Shown here piece by piece: positions 61,761 to 64,000 of a stretch of DNA of 64,000 bases. The stretch is from Eledone cirrhosa (lineage: Eukaryota): contig OZ024763.1 of NCBI GenBank assembly GCA_964016885.1, positions 6,510,001-6,574,000 on the forward strand, in the 5' to 3' direction. The position numbers and the translations under genes are program-made. Within the stretch, counting starts at the first letter, position 1, and every line of letters starts with the position of its first letter. The notes beneath the pieces are model-generated. The model saw nothing but the letters and a program-made list of their open reading frames with translations, was not told the DNA's origin and ran no database searches.

Positions 61761-61925
61761 TACAGGTAAAATTTCGTTATAACGAATACCATTATAACAA
61801 ACTCTTCAGTATAACAAAATGTTTTCAATCCCTGGCCATAAACTCCATATGTTAGATCGATCTCGTTATTAAGAATTTTTCGTTACAACGAATTCTTTTT
61901 ATCCCCCGTGAATTTCGTAATAACA
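61761..61925. mobile_element. pogo/Tigger-like MITE fragment
   Basis: ta|caggtaaaatttcgttataacgaa start with internal ttcgttataacga-type palindromic motifs; a second Tigger-like end (cttatacg..aaatacggt) lies at about 62620-62685. Confidence 0.5.
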
Positions 61926-61938
61926 TACATACATACAA

Positions 61939-61973
<35 letters not shown>

Positions 61974-63710
61974 CATTCGTACATACACACATATACATAC
62001 ATACATGCATAGATATACACATATCGTATTTAATTCAAACTCTTTAAATATTTTGTTCGTTGTAAAAGATCCTATAGCAATGACAACAGAAACTGTAATC
62101 AACTTCTATATATTAAAAGTAATTGTTTCTACGTTTGGCACAAGGCCAGCAATTAACCAGTGCATTACTGGTACTTTATTTTATCGACCCTGTAAGGATG
62201 AAAGGCAAAGTTAACCTCGGCGGGATTTATTAAAAATAATATAAAACATATCTTCTCTGTTTCTTTCCTTCTTTCTTTCATCATTATTTCGTTCTGTTTC
62301 ATTGTTTGTGGGGCGGGTGTGTGTGTGTGAGTATTTCGCTTTTGTTTTTTTCAATATATATATATATATGGCCCCACTCTTGTCCTGTGGATTTGGCAGA
62401 ATTGGTAGAGCGTCAGATAAAATGCCATCGGGGTATTTTTCGGGTTCTTTACATTTTTTCGAGTTCAAATCCCGTTAAAATCAACAAATACTGGGGTTGA
62501 TTTAATCAACTTTCTCCTCCTTCCTTGTATAAGAGTTTCTGAGAAAATAATGAAACCATTTTCAATAAATTTATAAAGAAATGTACTAAAACCCTTTTTT
62601 CCTCTCTCAAAATGTCCTGGTAAAACCGTAAAACCAGGGCGTGTCTTATACGATGGTGCGTCCTATAGGCCAGCAAATACGGTCAGTTCTATCCCAGCTT
62701 GATAAAATATCCTATGTACCAGTGTACATTACCATCAACGGAAATACAATCACATGAAAAAGTCACAGGGGTGCGTAGGAGGGGTAATGTCTTTTTGGTG
62801 GGGGTGGGTTGGTTTTGTGTATTTTTGGTGGGGGTGGGTGTTGTGTATTTTTGGTGGGGGTGGGTGTTGTGTATTTTTGGTGGGGGTGGGTGTTGTGTAT
62901 TTTTGGTGGGCGGGGCTGTTGTGTATTTTTGATGGAGGACGGGTGGGTGGGGCTTACATTTGGCAGCAGGGGAAATGTTTTTTGGTGGGGGTGGGTGGGG
63001 TGTATTTTTGGTGTTTTATGTGTCTTTTTCTTCTTTATATCTTGAGAGACAATTCCATTGTTTTAAATTTAAATAAATTACATTTTTGCTTTGTTTTGTT
63101 TGTATTTTTTTTAAATGGTATTTAAATAAAACGTAATTTCTTTTCTCTCTCCTACATGTGTACAAACATGTAGGTTGAATATGTCACGGTTGAATAGTTA
63201 CAGGGGTTTTGGTTTGTTTTCCTCTCTCTCTCTCTCTTCCCCGCCCCCTAGCTCTCTCTCTCTTCTCCCGCCCCCTAGCTCTCTCTCTCGCTTCCCCGCC
63301 CCCTAGTTCTCTCTCTCGCTTCCCCGCCCCCTAGTTCTCTCTCTTTCCCGCCCCCTAGCTCTCTCTCTCTCTCTTCTCCCGCCCCTAGCTCTCTCTCTTC
63401 CCCCGCCCCAGCTCCCCCCTTCGCTCTCTCCGTCTTCCCCGCCCCCTAGCTCTCGCCCTCTTCCCGCCCTCTCTTTCAATCCGTGTCTCTCTTTCTTCCC
63501 CACTCTCTCTCTTTCAATCAGTCTCTCTCTTCTCACCGCCCTGCCCTTCCACTCTTTCCTCTCTCTCTCTCTCCCTATTTCTCTGCCCCTCTCTCCCTCT
63601 GACATCCCTCCCACCCACTCTCTCCTCCCCGCTCACTCCCTGTGCTTTGTGTTTTGTTCATTTAAAAAAATAATTCTTATTTTATATAAAAAAGAAATGT
63701 CTATCTATCT

Positions 63711-64000
63711 TCAGTTGTCAATTTCGTCGCTGTCCTCCTTCTCCACTTTGCTGTGACATTTACAGAACGGGAACATTCTCGAGATTTCAGCCCAGAATTT
63801 ATGGTCGCAGACTGCGTATATGGTGGGGTTAAGGGTGTAGAGTTGGTAGGAGCGAAGGAAGAGGTTATATATGACCTCACTGAGGGGCATCAGGTTGCCC
63901 AAGTTACCGACGATCGTCCGGTAAATCATAAGGATATGATAGGGTATGAAACTGACCGAGAAAAAGGCAGTCGTTAGAAAGAGCTTCATGGTGGTCCGGC
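63711..64000 (-). CDS. Rhodopsin-class (class A) GPCR, C-terminal part (TM6, ECL3, TM7, helix 8); continues beyond window
   Basis: Open frame to the window edge: RTTMKLFLTTAFFSVSFIPYHILMIY (TM6 with SFxP) ... LFLRSYQLYTLNPTIYAVCDHKFWAEISRMFPFCKC (NPxxY, helix-8 F, C-terminal cysteines). Confidence 0.88.
   Translation of the reverse strand, partial: RTTMKLFLTTAFFSVSFIPYHILMIYRTIVGNLGNLMPLSEVIYNLFLRSYQLYTLNPTIYAVCDHKFWAEISRMFPFCKCHSKVEKEDSDEIDN

Overview
AT-rich, extremely microsatellite-dense animal genomic DNA. The SINE families and repeat landscape point to an octopod cephalopod (inference). Almost all ORFs in the supplied track are simple-repeat artefacts. Reading splice sites by hand recovers 14 in-phase GT-AG exons (18122-38622, + strand) encoding the C-terminal two-thirds of the ciliary transition-zone protein MKS1 (B9 domain); its 5' exons were not found in the window. 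The C-terminal end (TM6-TM7, NPxxY) of a class A GPCR runs in from the right edge on the - strand. The rest is RTE-clade LINE fragments, tRNA/CORE-type SINEs, Helitron pieces, MITEs and tandem repeats. The most striking unexplained structure is a set of at least 12 short non-coding inserts sitting in or beside (TA)n tracts. Each is a near-perfect fold-back hairpin (arms about 18-190 bp), usually with a one-sided unique tail. Many of these inserts, and several neighbouring ones without hairpins, carry minimal type-I hammerhead-ribozyme motifs (CTGAnGA-stem II-GAAA-short palindrome-TH) whose stem II covaries between copies. The best reading is a diverse population of non-autonomous Penelope-like/retrozyme-type elements targeting TA microsatellites. 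No RT or GIY-YIG coding sequence for them is present in the window.
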